A DNA stretch of 64,000 nt from Leucoraja erinacea (Eukaryota), in the NCBI RefSeq assembly GCF_028641065.1, contig NC_073379.1, positions 75,640,001 through 75,704,000 of the forward strand, read 5' to 3'. Every line of letters begins with the position of its first letter. Within the stretch, counting starts at the first letter, position 1. Shown here in pieces: positions 38,312 through 51,359 of the stretch. Under the pieces are notes generated by a model. That model was not told the DNA's origin, ran no database searches, and saw only the letters and a list, made by a program, of their open reading frames with translations. A program made the position numbers and the translations under genes.

Positions 38312-39178
38312 AGTAAGTAGTAAGTAAGTAAGTTTTATTTATATAGCAGGTTTTAAGTTAACTCGCATTGACACCAAAGTGCTTTACATAAAATAAATAA
38401 TAAGTTTCCAAACAAACCATAGAAAAAGATTAAAATAAATAAATAAAATGGACACAATACATTATAGAGTTCAACACAAACGTCCCCCCACAGCAGAATC
38501 AAAAATTTCCACTGTGGGGAAAGGCACCAGAAAGTTAAGTCCTCTTCCTCTGTGAAACACCCGAGGTCGGGGCCCATTTGTGGCCTTGCAGCCTGTCTGA
38601 TAATTTTCAGGGCCCTCTTGCCGTGAAGATGGAACTCCAGCGTCGGGTGAAACATTCCTCAGCGGCTTGGAAAGTCTGGAGCGGCTGCCTCCTCCCCGGA
38701 GACCAGGGCACTCGTAGTCCTCAGGCCATGCCGGTTGGAGCTCCGACCCTGGCGAACTCGATCCCAGGCTCCGCGGCGCTCCAAATCCAGCGCCGCCCGT
38801 GGCCGGACACCCGCAGCCACAGCTCCGTGATGTTGGGAGTCGGCGGCCACAGCACTCCGGAGCTTACCGCATGGCGACCCGGTAAGGCATCACCCGCTCC
38901 ATGATGGTGTTCCAGCGCTGCGCCACCGCCGAAGCTGTAGTCCCAGTTGGTCCCGACAGGAAACGCCGCTCCATTCTCGTTGGTAGGCCGCGAGGATGGG
39001 GCGAAGAAGCAGCTTGGAGGGACGCTGCCTCTCCGACCTGGTAGGGGACTAAGAAATAAAGTTTCCCCCTTCCCCATCCCCAACCACCACACAAAAGACC
39101 TCTAACTAACATTTTTTGACAGGACTTAAAAATAAAAAAAAAGGTGAAGAGACGGACCGTGGGCAGGCTGCCATACAC
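38312..39178 (-). mobile_element. Non-coding GC-rich LINE-derived element with an L2-like 3' tail
   Basis: On the minus strand the 3' end reads tgtaaagcactttgg...tataaataaaac(ttac)n. The CpG-rich body has no credible ORF. Confidence 0.55.
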
Positions 39179-40722
39179 ATACCATTCGCTTTCTTCACGG
39201 CCTGCTGCACCTGCATGCCTACTTTCAATGACTGGTGTACCATGACACCTAAGTCTCGTTGCATCTCCCCTTTTCCTGATCGGCCACCATTCAGATAATA
39301 ATCTACTTCCTGTTTTTGCCACCGAAGTGGATAACCTCACATTTATCCACATTATACTGCATCTGCCATGCATTTACCCACTCACCCAGCCTATCCAAGT
39401 CACCTTGCAGCCTCCTAGCATCCTCCTCACAGCTAACACTGCCCCCCAGCTTCGTGTTATCCACAAACTTGGAGATGTTGCATTCAATTCCCTCATCCAA
39501 ATCATTAATATATATTGTAACTAGCTGGGGTCCCAGCACTGAGCCTTGCGGTACCCCACTAGTTACTGCCTGCCATTGTGAAAAGGACCCGTTTACTCCT
39601 GCTCTTTGCTTCCTGTCTGCCAGCCAGTTTTCTATCCACATCAATACTGAACCCCCAATACCGTGTGCTTTAAGTTTGTATACTAATCTCTTATGTGGGA
39701 CCTTGTCGAAAGCCTTCTGAAAGTCCAGATATAACACATCCATTGGTTCTCCCTTATCCACTCTACTAGTTACATCCTTGAAAAATTCTATAAGATTCGT
39801 CAGACATGATTTACCTTTCATAAATCCATGCTGACTTTGTCCAATGATTTTACCACTTTCCAAATGTGCTGCTATCCCATCTTTAATAACTGACTCTAGC
39901 AGTTTCCCCACTACCGATGTTAGACTAACTGGTCTGTAATTCCCCGTTTTCTCTTTTCCTCCCTTTTAAAAAGTGGGGTTACATTAGCTACCCTCCAATC
40001 CTCAGGAACTACTCCAGAATCTTAAGAATTTTGAAAAATTATCAATAATGCATCCACTATTTCTGGGGCTCCTTCCTTAAGTACTCTGGGATGCAGCCTA
40101 TCTGGCCCTGGGGTTTATCGGCCTTTAATCCATTCAATTTACCTAACACCACTTCCCGGCTAACCTGGATTTCATTCAGTTCCTCCATCTCATTTGACCC
40201 CAGGTCCCCTGCTATTTCCGGCAGATTATTTATGTCTTCCTTAGTGAAGACAGAACCAAAGTAGTTATTCAATTGGTCTGCCATGTCTTTGTTCCCCATG
40301 ATCAATTCACCTGTTTCTGACTGCAATGGACCTACATTTGTTTTAACTAATCTTTTTCTCTTCACATATTATAAAAACATTTGCAGTCAGTTTTTATGTT
40401 CATAATCTATTTTCCCTTTCCTAATTAAGCCCTTTGCCCCCCTCTGCTGGACTCTGAAGTTCTCCCAGTCCTCTGGTAGGCTGCTTTTTCTGGCTAATTT
40501 GTATGCTTCATCTTTTGTTTTGATACAATCCCTGCTTTCCCTTGTTATCCACGGATGCACTACCTTCCCTGATTTATTCTTTTGCTAAACTGGGATGAAC
40601 AATTGTTGTAGTTCATCCATGCAGTCTTTAAATGCCTTCCATTGCATATCCACCGTCAACCCTTAAAGAATCAATTGCCAGTCTATCTTGGCCAATTCAC
40701 GTCTCATACCCTCAAAGTTTCC
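39179..40722 (-). mobile_element. CR1 LINE ORF2 fragment, same young subfamily as 25845-31390
   Basis: [40 protein letters not shown] and YNVDKCEVIHFG, near-identical to 28509-29600. Confidence 0.93.
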
Positions 40723-41551
40723 TTCTTTCTTCTCAGGGGTCTCGAGCCTTCCGTTGACGGGACAGTCTTACTCCCGTAGCCGGCAGCGCTTGGGCCCTCT
40801 GCATTGGGGCAACCAGCTCCTGCATCGGGGGGGGGGGGGATCTCAGCTCCCCAGCACCAGAGATTGGACCCCGGGTCGGGGCTGGTCGAAATCTTCTGCA
40901 TCTGTGGAGCTTTCCGACGGCTTCTCCCGACACTGCATGCTTTGTATTCAAGAAACAAGAAAGCTTTCAAATAAAAATAGATTCATGTTTGATCACTCTT
41001 AGTTACATTCAAGCATGACTATTAGTTGTTAGAAGGAAGAAGTTATTTACCACCATTGCAACTATTTACTCCTTGCTCAACAATTGGACTACTTACTCAT
41101 TATAGATTAAAATAGCAAAGAGAGCTGAGAGAACTGCCCATTTTCATTTTCCATTTCTCAATTGCGGTGAATTAAAATGTGAACTTGCATTTTCAATGTC
41201 ATGACAACGGCTTCCCCTTTGTCCTCCACAGAAGAAGCACCTGATTAGTATTTCTCAGCAATATTTGCCTTGATGTTTAATTTTGCAAAGAACTACAACA
41301 CTTCTGATGAATTATGTACTTATTTATTGGTCTCATCTCAGATGTTATAGTTAACGCAGTCCTACAGCAAGGTCATTCATTTGGTCAATTACTACATTGC
41401 AATTTCAGTATATCTCTGTGCAAATCTTTAGTTTAGTTGCTCCTGAATAGCCTTATTGTTAAATTTGTAATTACTCTAAATTGATGCTGCATAGAAACAG
41501 GCCCTTCAACCCATCAAGTCCACACTGACCCTCGATCACCCATTCACACTA

Positions 41552-42472
41552 TAGTAAATCCTCATTAGAATGAACCTTTGTTATAATGAACAACGGAATG
41601 GTGTCTGTTATTGCCGATTGTCCGCTATGATAAAGTAAGATATTATCATTGTATATAGTTGAAACAAAGAAGTGCAGATAATGATTAATACACAAAGGGA
41701 CACAGAGTGCTGGAGTAACTCAGCAAGTCAAGCAGCATCTCTATAGAACATGGATAGGTGATGTCACGATCACTTCTTCAGGCTGATGCAGTCTACTGAG
41801 TTACTGCAGCACTTTGTTATTTCACCTTAAAACTAGGCGCCTTCGTCACTGCATGGTCCGGTTACACATTTGATGTTGTGAGCCCCTGGCAGCACCTTCT
41901 TCAGGCTGCCGCTACTGACAGGATGCCTCACCCTCGCCCTCGCCAGCTGCCGCATCTTGCTGTCGGCCACCGCTTTGTCCACTCCCCGCTCCACCGTCAC
42001 CTCCTCCATCTTCTACCCCGTGGTCGCTGACAACTTCCAAAGAGGTGTATGTCAGTGACTCCAGGAGAGAAGGAGGTGGCAGTGGAAGGGGGAGAGATCG
42101 ACTGGACAGAGCAGTGGGGGAACGAGGAGGATGCGGAGGGGGAGGGGGAGCAAACAAAGTGATGACAGAAAGAAGAAGTGGCAGCTGGTGAGAAGGGGGG
42201 GAGCCCATGGTGACCATGTGCATCCTGCCAGTGGCAGTGGCCTGAAAAAGGTGCTGTCTCCAGGGGCTGCAACGTGAGCTGCAACAGCAGCCTCATCAAC
42301 TGGACCGTGCAGTGGGTGAAGGGGTCGCTGCACCTTACGAGCAGGGGGTGGCGTCGGAAGGTGGGACTGTAAGTGGCCGGGGAGGCCGTGTTAACCTAGG
42401 TGGCAATGGCAAGTCCGTCCACGATAACCAAAACTCATTATAAAGGGGGCCATTAAAACAAAGGGTTTATTG
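41552..42472. mobile_element. Tc1/mariner (Tigger/pogo-like) non-autonomous element inserted in an HE1 SINE
   Basis: Ends tagtaaatcctcatta / taaaacaaagggtttattg with TA duplicated. Removing it restores the SINE sequence cattcacacTAgttctatgttgtcccact. It contains a Penelope-derived piece at about 41660-41820. Confidence 0.75.
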
Positions 42473-43290
42473 TAGTTCTATGTTGTCCCACTTTCTCATC
42501 AATTCCCAACATACTAAAGGTAATTTCACAGAGGCCAATTAACCAACAAACTATCATGTTCTGGATATGGGAGGAAACCATGTGGTATTTCTTTTTGTTA
42601 TTATTTTCTAAGGGCCTTATTTCCTGTACTTTTCTAATTGATTCTAGACTTTCCCTACCACTGATGACGTTAACTATTCTGTAATTCCTTGTTTTCTCTC
42701 CTTAAATAAAGGTTTAAGAACATTCTGCTCAGTGGAAACTTTGCTCTAATCTGCGATATTTAGCTGATGACAGCCAGTGAATCCATCATTTTTCTATCCA
42801 TCTGTTTCAAATCCATTAGCTCATCTGGACATATCTGAGCAACTGTAACAGCAGCTGGTTATACTGCACATTCATTGATAAACAGTATTTAGTTCAGCGT
42901 GTTATGGTATTGTTTGACCTTTATTGGAATGGATCATCATTTTAGAATATTCAGGTCTGTTTCTGGTCAGATTCCCCGCTCCCCCCTTACTTGAAATGCA
43001 CAGACATAGAGCCATAAAGGTATACGGCATAGAAACAGGCCCTACAGTCTGCCGAGTATAGTGCCTATGTGAACTAGTCCATTCACCTGTGTTGGGTCCA
43101 TATCGTATCCATGTACCTGTTCAAATGTCTTTTGAATGTTGTAATTGTATGTGTCTCTGCCACCTCCTCTGGCAGCTTGTTCCATATACCCACCACCCTC
43201 TGAGTGTCCTAAAGTAATGTCCTAAAGTAAATGCAAGATCTCTGAAAAAAATCACAATTATATAATTCATTCTTTTTACCCTAAAAATAG

Positions 43291-43401
43291 AATTTGTTTA
43301 CTTGCATCTTATTGCAATCAGAACTTGGAATGCGTGAAACTCAGCTTCTGCAAAGAAATAACTGAAGATGCCTTAAAAAAATTGTGTAGAAACTGCAAAC
43401 A
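43291..43401 (+). CDS. LRR gene, visible coding exon 6
   Basis: ctaaaaatag|A; ICLLASYCNQNLECVKLSFCKEITEDALKKLCRNCK; CA|gtaagt donor (phase 2). Confidence 0.9.
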
Positions 43402-43574
43402 GTAAGTTTTATCATTTTACTGATGTGAATTAGTTTGAAATTGAGGTTGGTTGTTGATGAATGTTAGTGTTTATATATTCCAAGCATAAATATGTTTTCC
43501 AAATCATGATATTGCAGGGGGGGTTGAATCCAGGTTTGTATCATGATCTTTGTGGTAAGTGTGCGATATCTTCT

Positions 43575-44250
43575 TGATGACCCTTCTCAGCATTGGTGTA
43601 CAGAGGGATCGTGGGGTCCTAATCCATAATCCCTGAAAGTAACAACACAAGTAGATTGAGTGGTAAAGAAGGCATATGGAATGCTTGCTTTCAAGTTCAG
43701 GGCATTGAACATAGAGTGAGGAAGTCATGCTGCAGCTTTATAGGGCTTTATTTTGGAGTATTGCATGTAGTTCTGATCGCTCCACTGCAGGAAAAATGAG
43801 CAGGCTTTTGAAACGATATGGAGCAGGTTTACCAGAATGATGCTTATATCAGAGGGTATTAGCTACATGACACTGGGGGTTTTGCGAGGAGACTTAATGG
43901 AAGTATATAAAGTTATGAGAGGCATAGATAGGTTAGGTAAACATAACTTATTTCCCAGGATAGTAAAATCAAATACTAGAGGGCATAGCTTTAAACTGAG
44001 AGGGGCAAAGCATAAAGGAGTTGTGCGGGAAAACGTTTTGATACAGAGGGTGGTGAGTGCCTTGAATGCGATGCTGGAGGTTGTGGGTGAGGAAGATACG
44101 ATAGTGGCATTTAAGAATTTTTTGGATAAGCATATGGATATGCAGGGAATGGAAAGATATGAATTATGTATAGGTAAATAAGAGATGGTCTTGGTTTTGT
44201 GTTCTGCACATACACTGTAGGCTGAATGGCCAGGTGTAGGCCTTTTGCTG
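43575..44250 (+). mobile_element. Old CR1 3' fragment
   Basis: LRGDLMEVYKVMRGIDR...TRGHSFKLRG; (gttctat)-like tail. Confidence 0.8.
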
Positions 44251-44857
44251 TTCTATGTTCAATGTTCTGCACTTTTTGGAGGGAATAATGAGGAAAGGCC
44301 TAAATTCTTCACAACAACATGTAGAGATTCTGTAATGCCTTTTTTGTTCAACTAATTAGTTCACCAACCAAACATTTGGATGGACAGTGTTATCTGGAGT
44401 GCTAAAGATCAGTGGAAATTATTAAAATATATTATATTAAAGTACAATGCTTTTTGGTATATGTGGCATGAGCAATTAGTGTTACATTTCTGCATCAATA
44501 CCTGAACATTTAAAATGCTAGAAATAGCTCTTATTTTCAACTCTCCAATTTGCTCATTACTTCAATCCCACTTTCCAGATTAGAAAACACATTGCTCCAA
44601 AGTTTTGTAATACAGTTGATGTACGACAATATTGAAAGTTTCTATCTATTTCCTTGAATGATCGAATGTGCAGTCAATAAATTAATTGTACGTAAATAAA
44701 CTGAAGAGGCACTGAACAAATCAATTCTACTTAAGATGCTTAAAACAAAAAGTAGTATCTATAACTCCAGCTCTACCAATCTGTGTTTAATTTCTGTAAA
44801 CCTTAACCCATACATTTGTATTTAATATATCAGTGTACACTTGCTTTTTGTTTTTAG

Positions 44858-44984
44858 ACTAAAGTTGGTTCATCTCTATGGATGCCAATCTGTCCATAAT
44901 CTGAAGGCAATTCAGGCCGTGAACAAGCAAGTGAAGTTGCACCATGATCTTCCACCCTGCAGTGCCAAAGATCAAGAATGTTAA
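44858..44984 (+). CDS. LRR gene, terminal coding exon
   Basis: ctttttgtttttag|A; LKLVHLYGCQSVHNLKAIQAVNKQVKLHHDLPPCSAKDQEC, then TAA at 44982-44984. The seven exons sum to 906 nt (302 codons including the stop). Confidence 0.9.
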
Positions 44985-45247
44985 AAACATGGTGATTCTT
45001 TATTAGGTTGTAGTGATGAACTTACTGATGTTTGTGCATATTCACCTTATAAACATAGGAGAAATGTTTATTCTTTTCTTCATGTTGTAGGAGAGAAAAC
45101 TAACAAATTTTATAAAAAGTACTTTTAGTTTACAATAATGTGACATATTATCATCTAATTTTGAAAATGTACCAATGTCCCGGATGATATTTCAAAGATG
45201 CCACGTGGCATTTTGCTCTGAGATTTTGCATTCAGTTCACTTGTACT

Positions 45248-45609
45248 TGTTACAAGGGAACAGGTTCAAGGATCTGACTCGTAGAACAGAAAAAATGCAC
45301 CCTCGTCTGTTAAGTTACAAATCAGCTTTATTGTCATGAGAGAGAACACAAACAATACATATCTCGGTATGCACGGGGGCCCATTTTACAGCAGCACACC
45401 TCCTTCTCTCTCTGCCTCCATCCATGGCTCTGGTCGTGACCCAGCCCGTTGGTGAACCCCTCTCATCAAGAACTACCTTATGGCTTACCACCGCTTGCCT
45501 TTATACAGGCAGAAATCAGTAATTGAAATGATCGCCGGTAAGTCCGGGCCAATAGCGCTGCTCCCAAATTCAAACCGCACCCAATGGCAGGGGACTGCAT
45601 CCAAGCAAG

Positions 45610-45642
<33 letters not shown>

Positions 45643-45755
45643 TTGGAAACAAATGTTATCAGCCACAGACCTGGCGTGCAAGGTAAAACAGACTGGGCGC
45701 GTAAAGCAATACATATAGCGCTACAGACATGCTGCGCAAAGTTTTAAACAGAGCG
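45248..45755 (-). mobile_element. Probable 3' LTR of the endogenous retrovirus
   Basis: Minus-strand TATAAA (45505-45500) upstream of AATAAA (45332-45327), CCAAT motifs nearby, ends ...TGTAACA. It directly follows the env remnant; boundaries are approximate. Confidence 0.55.
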
Positions 45756-45758
45756 CTG

Positions 45759-46242
45759 TCATGTGGTACAGGTACTATTACCCAGGGAAGGGCCCGTCCC
45801 CTCATCGTTACAATGACAGGTACTTTTACTGGACTTGTCGGTCCCAGTTAGGCGGAAGTGGGGCTTCCTTCCCACCCGGGTGTAGTTGAATGGTGGAATG
45901 TACCACCTGTCAAAACAGTGACACTGGCAATCAACGGTGGTTGGGTGGCAGTTCTTAGCCGCACTATTCCTGGTCTTGTTACAAAAAGACCACACGGACG
46001 ATTGTTCGCTATGATTTAAGGGGACTGCCGATGCCCCCACTGTGGTACTGGATGTGTGTACACACCCAGCATGCCGAGACATTTAGCCGTTGGGCAAATT
46101 TATAGCTTAGGGTGAGAAACTAGTTTCGAACAGGAGATACATTAATGTAGGCCGAGGTATCCACATTCCTTCCGAACACTGCACGCAGGGAAGCAACGGT
46201 ATACCAACTTAATAATTCACCCTCGTCCTTCCTGACAACCAT
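45759..46242 (-). pseudogene. Truncated gamma-type env SU remnant
   Basis: RN*FLTLSYKFAQRLNVSACWVCTHI (CWVC at 46071-46060), then a frameshift into AVPLNHSE...NKT...NYT...GPSLGNSTC, which is Cys-rich with several N-glycosylation sequons. Confidence 0.7.
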
Positions 46243-46259
46243 TTCCTACCCACAAATCT

Positions 46260-48260
46260 CTGTCTCCACCTTGGAGGTGGGCACCGAGGCATTCAGGATC
46301 TTTTTCCTGGCCTTTTCTGGACTTCCGTGGTGGCCCAAATGCTACTGTATGCCCAAGAAAACAACATTCTGGCTAGGTCCCTGGACCTTATCAGGGTTAA
46401 TGTACCACCCGCGCTCCTTGAGCCGTATCATCAATTCATCCAAGGCCTCGACGGTATCACTAATCTCCTTGGTGCTGCCAGGTATGCGATACCGCTTGGT
46501 GTGAATCACTCGTGGTAGGTGGGATGACCAATGGGTGCCACTTGGCCTGTCCCACTAACACAGTGGCTCGGGCAATGCCAAAGGTGAACACCCCCCTGCT
46601 GGTTTGTAAGGACCGGCTTCGCAACACGTTCATTCCCAATATGCATTCGGGGAAGGGGGCAATGAGGAGTGAAGTACTCACAGGGGGCCCGTTTCCAATG
46701 GACACGGGAAGGGTGGTTTGTTGGGCGGGGTTGAGGGTGCCCCCTAGCCCCTCTACCAGCACCCTCGGGCCATGTATCTTCCCAGGATCCCCAGGAACTA
46801 TGGTGTGTTCTGCCCCAGTGTCCACTAGGGCCACCCAGCGCTGTACATTCCCCCCCAATGTACTGCAACGGGTGCGTATGGCCTCAGGTCTCCCGGCCAA
46901 GGAAGAGCTGCCGAATATTTTTACTGGGGGACCAGGCCACACCCCTACTGGAGCGGGACAGGGGGTCTCCTCCCCCTGTAGATGTGACCCCACGGGTATA
47001 GCAACTGACTGTCTGTAGGGGGTCAGGGGGAGGGTCGAGAGAAGACCTCCATCCCTCTTTCCAGGTAATGTTGGTTCCTTTCTCTCCAGACTCGCTCGTC
47101 CTCCCCTGACAGTGATCTTTTCACAAAGCATAGATGGCGTGAGTAAGTATCCCATCCACCCGCTCCTTAGGGACCCCGAGCCTCAACAAAGCCATAAACA
47201 TTTCCTTGAGGCTGAGACAGATTGTTCCCTGGTCCCCACTTCTACCATGTTCTATCTTACACACCCGGCTACTGTGAGGACCCACTCCTGCAGAACCAGG
47301 GCCTCCCCCACAGATTTCACTACAGACGGTCCCAAAAGAGGCAGAAGTATATTCCTTCAAGTGGGAAGCCACTGTTTTCACCAGGAATCTTACCATGGTG
47401 GAGATTAGTGCTCGCTCCTCAGGGAATCCCAGCTGGCCATTATAAATGCCACTGTTGAAGGCCCAATGTCTGAGAAGACTGCTCCCCTCCTCCACCGTGG
47501 ACCACTCATCTATAGACTTCAGGTCCCAAACCAGCAAAGAGGGAACTTTCTCGCGATCGATGCAGTGGTGCGCTGGCATAGACTATGCTCTGCTCCTCTA
47601 TCCGACCGCGTCATATTATTTACCCCATAGTTGCTTGAGAAGCCCCCTAATACTGACAGTTCCACATCCGATAACAGCATTCCTTCTCCCCTGTATCTCA
47701 CATCCTTAATAGCCAGACCACTAAAGGTTTGCCTACCCTTTGGTGGAACCGGAACCCCAATTCCACTAGGGCTTTATGTGGGAAATCATGTTCTCGACCA
47801 GGGTCGTCATGCGGGTTGGCCGGGCCTACTTCACTTCCCCTCCTTTATCTGAATAGGGGGCCAATGGGACAAGTAGTACATATGTGGGCGTGGGAATTAC
47901 AGGACCTTTGACCAACAATTCCTGTTGGTCATCCTCATCATACCATATGTCCCCCTCCCACATGTCCCGGTCCTCTACCCTTTTTACATTGACTGGGTTG
48001 GGAATCCAATGGGACCCACTTGCGTCTTCTTGTTTCACATTTATTAATTTACATGCCATATCAACGTTTTTGTCTTTCATTTCCTGGGCTTGAGTTTGTG
48101 CCCAGCGAACAGATTCGGTCATGGTTCAGCAATGTTGATTCAATTGCTCTAAATGTTGCTCTAATTCAATTATTCTCTGCTCTTTCTTCTCCATGGCCGC
48201 ATGTTGGTTCCTAATTATGGTGGTTAGAAACCAGAAAGCCCCCCCCATTGACTCCCCCTT
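46260..48260 (-). mobile_element. Class III (ERV-L/ERV-S-like) retroviral gag-pro-pol remnant
   Basis: gag coiled coil and WEGDIW motif; protease ALVDTGAEHTIVPGDP...PFPECILG...VGQAKWHPL; RT start KRYRIPG joined to the RT C-terminal PDKVQGPSQNVVFLGIQ, so the RT core is deleted. Confidence 0.85.
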
Positions 48261-51039
48261 TTTGGGGGAAAAATAGGTTGGGGATCAATTGAGATTTATT
48301 TTCTTTATTGGTAACATTTGACCTGGTTCTCCATTTTGGAGATATTTTCTGTATAACCAAAGCAGATATGATCTCTTGACTCTAGCCTATTGTGAGTTTT
48401 CAATCACACTACAGACTGTGGGTAGTATTTCTTCCAATATCGGGAATTTTCATCCAATGTGCATTGATAAGAATAGCTTATGGCTGCAGGAATCGGAACC
48501 GCGAACCCAGGATGGAAATGGCAGGAAGCAACTTCGCAAGAAAGTAGGGGGCTGGAATGGGGATGGGATTGTGGGAGGGAGAGGGGTGCATTAGCATTAA
48601 TGAAGAGAGGCAGATGCAGAAATAACTGAACAGTTTAAAAAGGAACCAATGACAAGGAACTTACGTAGAACATAGAAAAGCACGATGCAGGAACAGGCCC
48701 TTCAGCCTACAATGTCTGTGCTGGACAAGATGGTCGTGAGGCAGAAAGAGTGTGCTGATTGATTGATAAAAAGAACATGCAAACACAAATAGTTGTGGGT
48801 GGGGGTGTGTGGGGTAGACGGATAGGGGGATGGTGGGGGAGGGAGGTGAGCAATAAAACATCAGCGATAAATGGAAAATAACCCAGCTCAGAGCTTGGAC
48901 TGGGAAGGTTGGAAACTTATTAAATGTTTGATGAAAAAATTGTATTAAACTGGGAACTAGGCATGAAGAACTGATGAATTGGGGCAGTTGTGGCTAAGAA
49001 ATTATTCTCTTATCGACAAGTTAAAACGTAAGTACATGGAAGGTCCGTGCCATAATTTTACCCGCAAGCATTGCCCACTGTAGAAAAGGCTTTACATGAT
49101 CAACAAGCTCAAGGGATATAATCCTCCTTGTCAGCAGAGAGACAAGGTTGCAGAGAAAATGTTGGGCCATGGATTAGGGGTGACGGGGCAGTGAGAGGAA
49201 TTTGTAGATTAGTAAGGATGTTCAGGAAAGATGAGAGGAGAATCTATAATACAGACCACGATGGTAGTTGAAGTTGCACTGGTAACTGCGATTAGGGGGA
49301 ATAATGGGATGGTTGGAGAGAAGATCATGTGTGGGGGGGGGGGGGGGGGGGGGGGTTGGGAGGGAGTGATGGGGAAGCACGCAGTCATTAACAGGGAATT
49401 GGGTGAGGGGTGGAATAATTACTAACAATGAAAAGAAACAGAAGCGACATATCTGGAGGAAGAACAAAATCTAGAATTTACTGACAGTGACATGTGGGAT
49501 TGAATAACATTGAAGGAGGGCTCAACCTCTGGTTAACAACTCTGTCCTCTGGTCTTGATAGCATGATGTGTCCCATAGTGATTCCCAGTAGTGTTCAGAT
49601 GCCTATGAAAATCCAGTCATTGAACTGGATGTGAAGACACATTGAAAATCCAGAGTGTGCAACTGTGTACATACTCTTCAAATGCAGGTATATCTTACTT
49701 AGTACTACCCTGCATAGTGCTCTTTCACTTTGGAGACTGACTTTTTTCCAACAAATATAATAAAGAGACCATTTTATAAATAAATAAACAGCATAAAGTA
49801 ATTTGCGATTCAAAACATGCAAGAGTCACACAATAACTCTGCATGGGGAAATCAAAGCTCCTGTTGGTGAATCAAAACTCAAAGTACTGAAGTACAGAAG
49901 TACTGGAGCTGCGAATGGAAGTGAAATAAATGGGTAAGCATCCGGAGTAAACATTGTGGAAAAGCGTACAGATTTACAGATTAGTTAGCAAGAGCTAGCA
50001 ATAAGTGAGTTTAAATTAATTTATCAGGATTGCATCTCCATTTATGCTGTTTATAATAACCCCGTGGAGCACAATTTAATTTCGCACTCCATTTTCTAGG
50101 AACATATCTAGTTCTCGGAACATATTAGTGCCACTAATCGAGGCACTATTCTATATCTTTCCATACAGAAATGCTTCATTCTGATTTATTTCAATGATCT
50201 CATATAGTTTTATTGTTGGTTGCTTATACTAAAATAATTATGTTTTAATATCACAATAATCAGTAAGAGATATTCCTGGCAAATGTACATAGGTATGACC
50301 AAAGTATTAGCCTTGTTAGCATGTTGAGCTGTTCAAAATCAATTCAGCTGATATTTATATATTTTTTTACCTTGCATGGATCTTTTGCGTTCTGAAGGGA
50401 GTAATCTAGATGTAATCTGAAGAGATTGTACTATATTTGGAAAATGAAAATATCTTACTAGGTATTTTCTCCTTTCTTTCCAGCATGTAAAGATCACTGA
50501 TGTAATGCCATATTTTGGCATAGGTGCTCCCACACAATGCATCACCATGCCAACTGTGAAGAGATTCTTACTGTGGTTGAAAGGAACTGTGCTGTATACC
50601 TCTCTGTTGTCCATTTTAACTCCATTTAATGTTTAGATGGGGATGCGGGAAGTCTTTTTTATGTCATCGATTAAATATAAATAAATTTAATTGGAGCAAA
50701 CTATTTTGACGAGGAATTTATTCTGCAATATTTGCTTTTAACCACAATGCGCATTATTCATTATACATTCATTTGCTTACAATGAACACAGACAGACATG
50801 CATATTTTGCTCAGTGGAATCTTTGATTATTTTCTTACATCCACATGGCACTCCTATGCTTGGATCACATAGAGCATGCAGGGATGACAACAATTTCTGA
50901 TGAATTGCCCAGATGGTGCGATGCCACCAACCATGTTCAGTTGGTTGCATTGCATGAAATTATATCATGAAAACATAATCAATGTACAGTGTATATTTTA
51001 CCATATTTTATTCATCATGTCAGAGAGAATTAGACTTGG

Positions 51040-51140
51040 AAGGTAGACACAAAATGCTGGAGTAACTGAGCGGGTGAGGCAGCATCTCTGGAGAGAAGGA
51101 AAAGGTGATGTTTTGGGTCAATACCCTTCTTCAGACTGAT
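51040..51140 (-). mobile_element. Penelope pLTR fragment with a degenerate hammerhead motif
   Basis: gtagacacaaaatgctggagtaactga...cccttcttcagac, flanked by tt(a/g)gacttgga direct repeats. Confidence 0.7.
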
Positions 51141-51359
51141 TTGGACTTGGATATCTACTTCTTGCTTCCTTATTTCTAGGAATATTTCTCATATTCCTCA
51201 TGGCATAGTTGGTTACTCTTAAAGCAATCCCATTCTTTTAGTCATGCAGCAGGGGAAAAAGCCCTTCAGTCCAACTCAATCATGCTGACCAAGGTGTGAA
51301 TGGTGTAAATGAGGTGTAAATGTAAATGGGAAGTGGAATCCAATTGATGTATTGTTAAT

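Noticed and set aside
48860-49240. Possible additional retroviral gag-like fragment or ERV 5' LTR
   Set aside because: Frames are short with stops, there is no diagnostic motif, no similarity to the 45248-45755 block and no PBS.
50371-50430. 60-nt minus-strand segment with plausible splice sites (YNLFRLHLDYSLQNAKDPCK)
   Set aside because: It lies downstream of the 51748 stop with no partner exon found, and is short enough to arise by chance.
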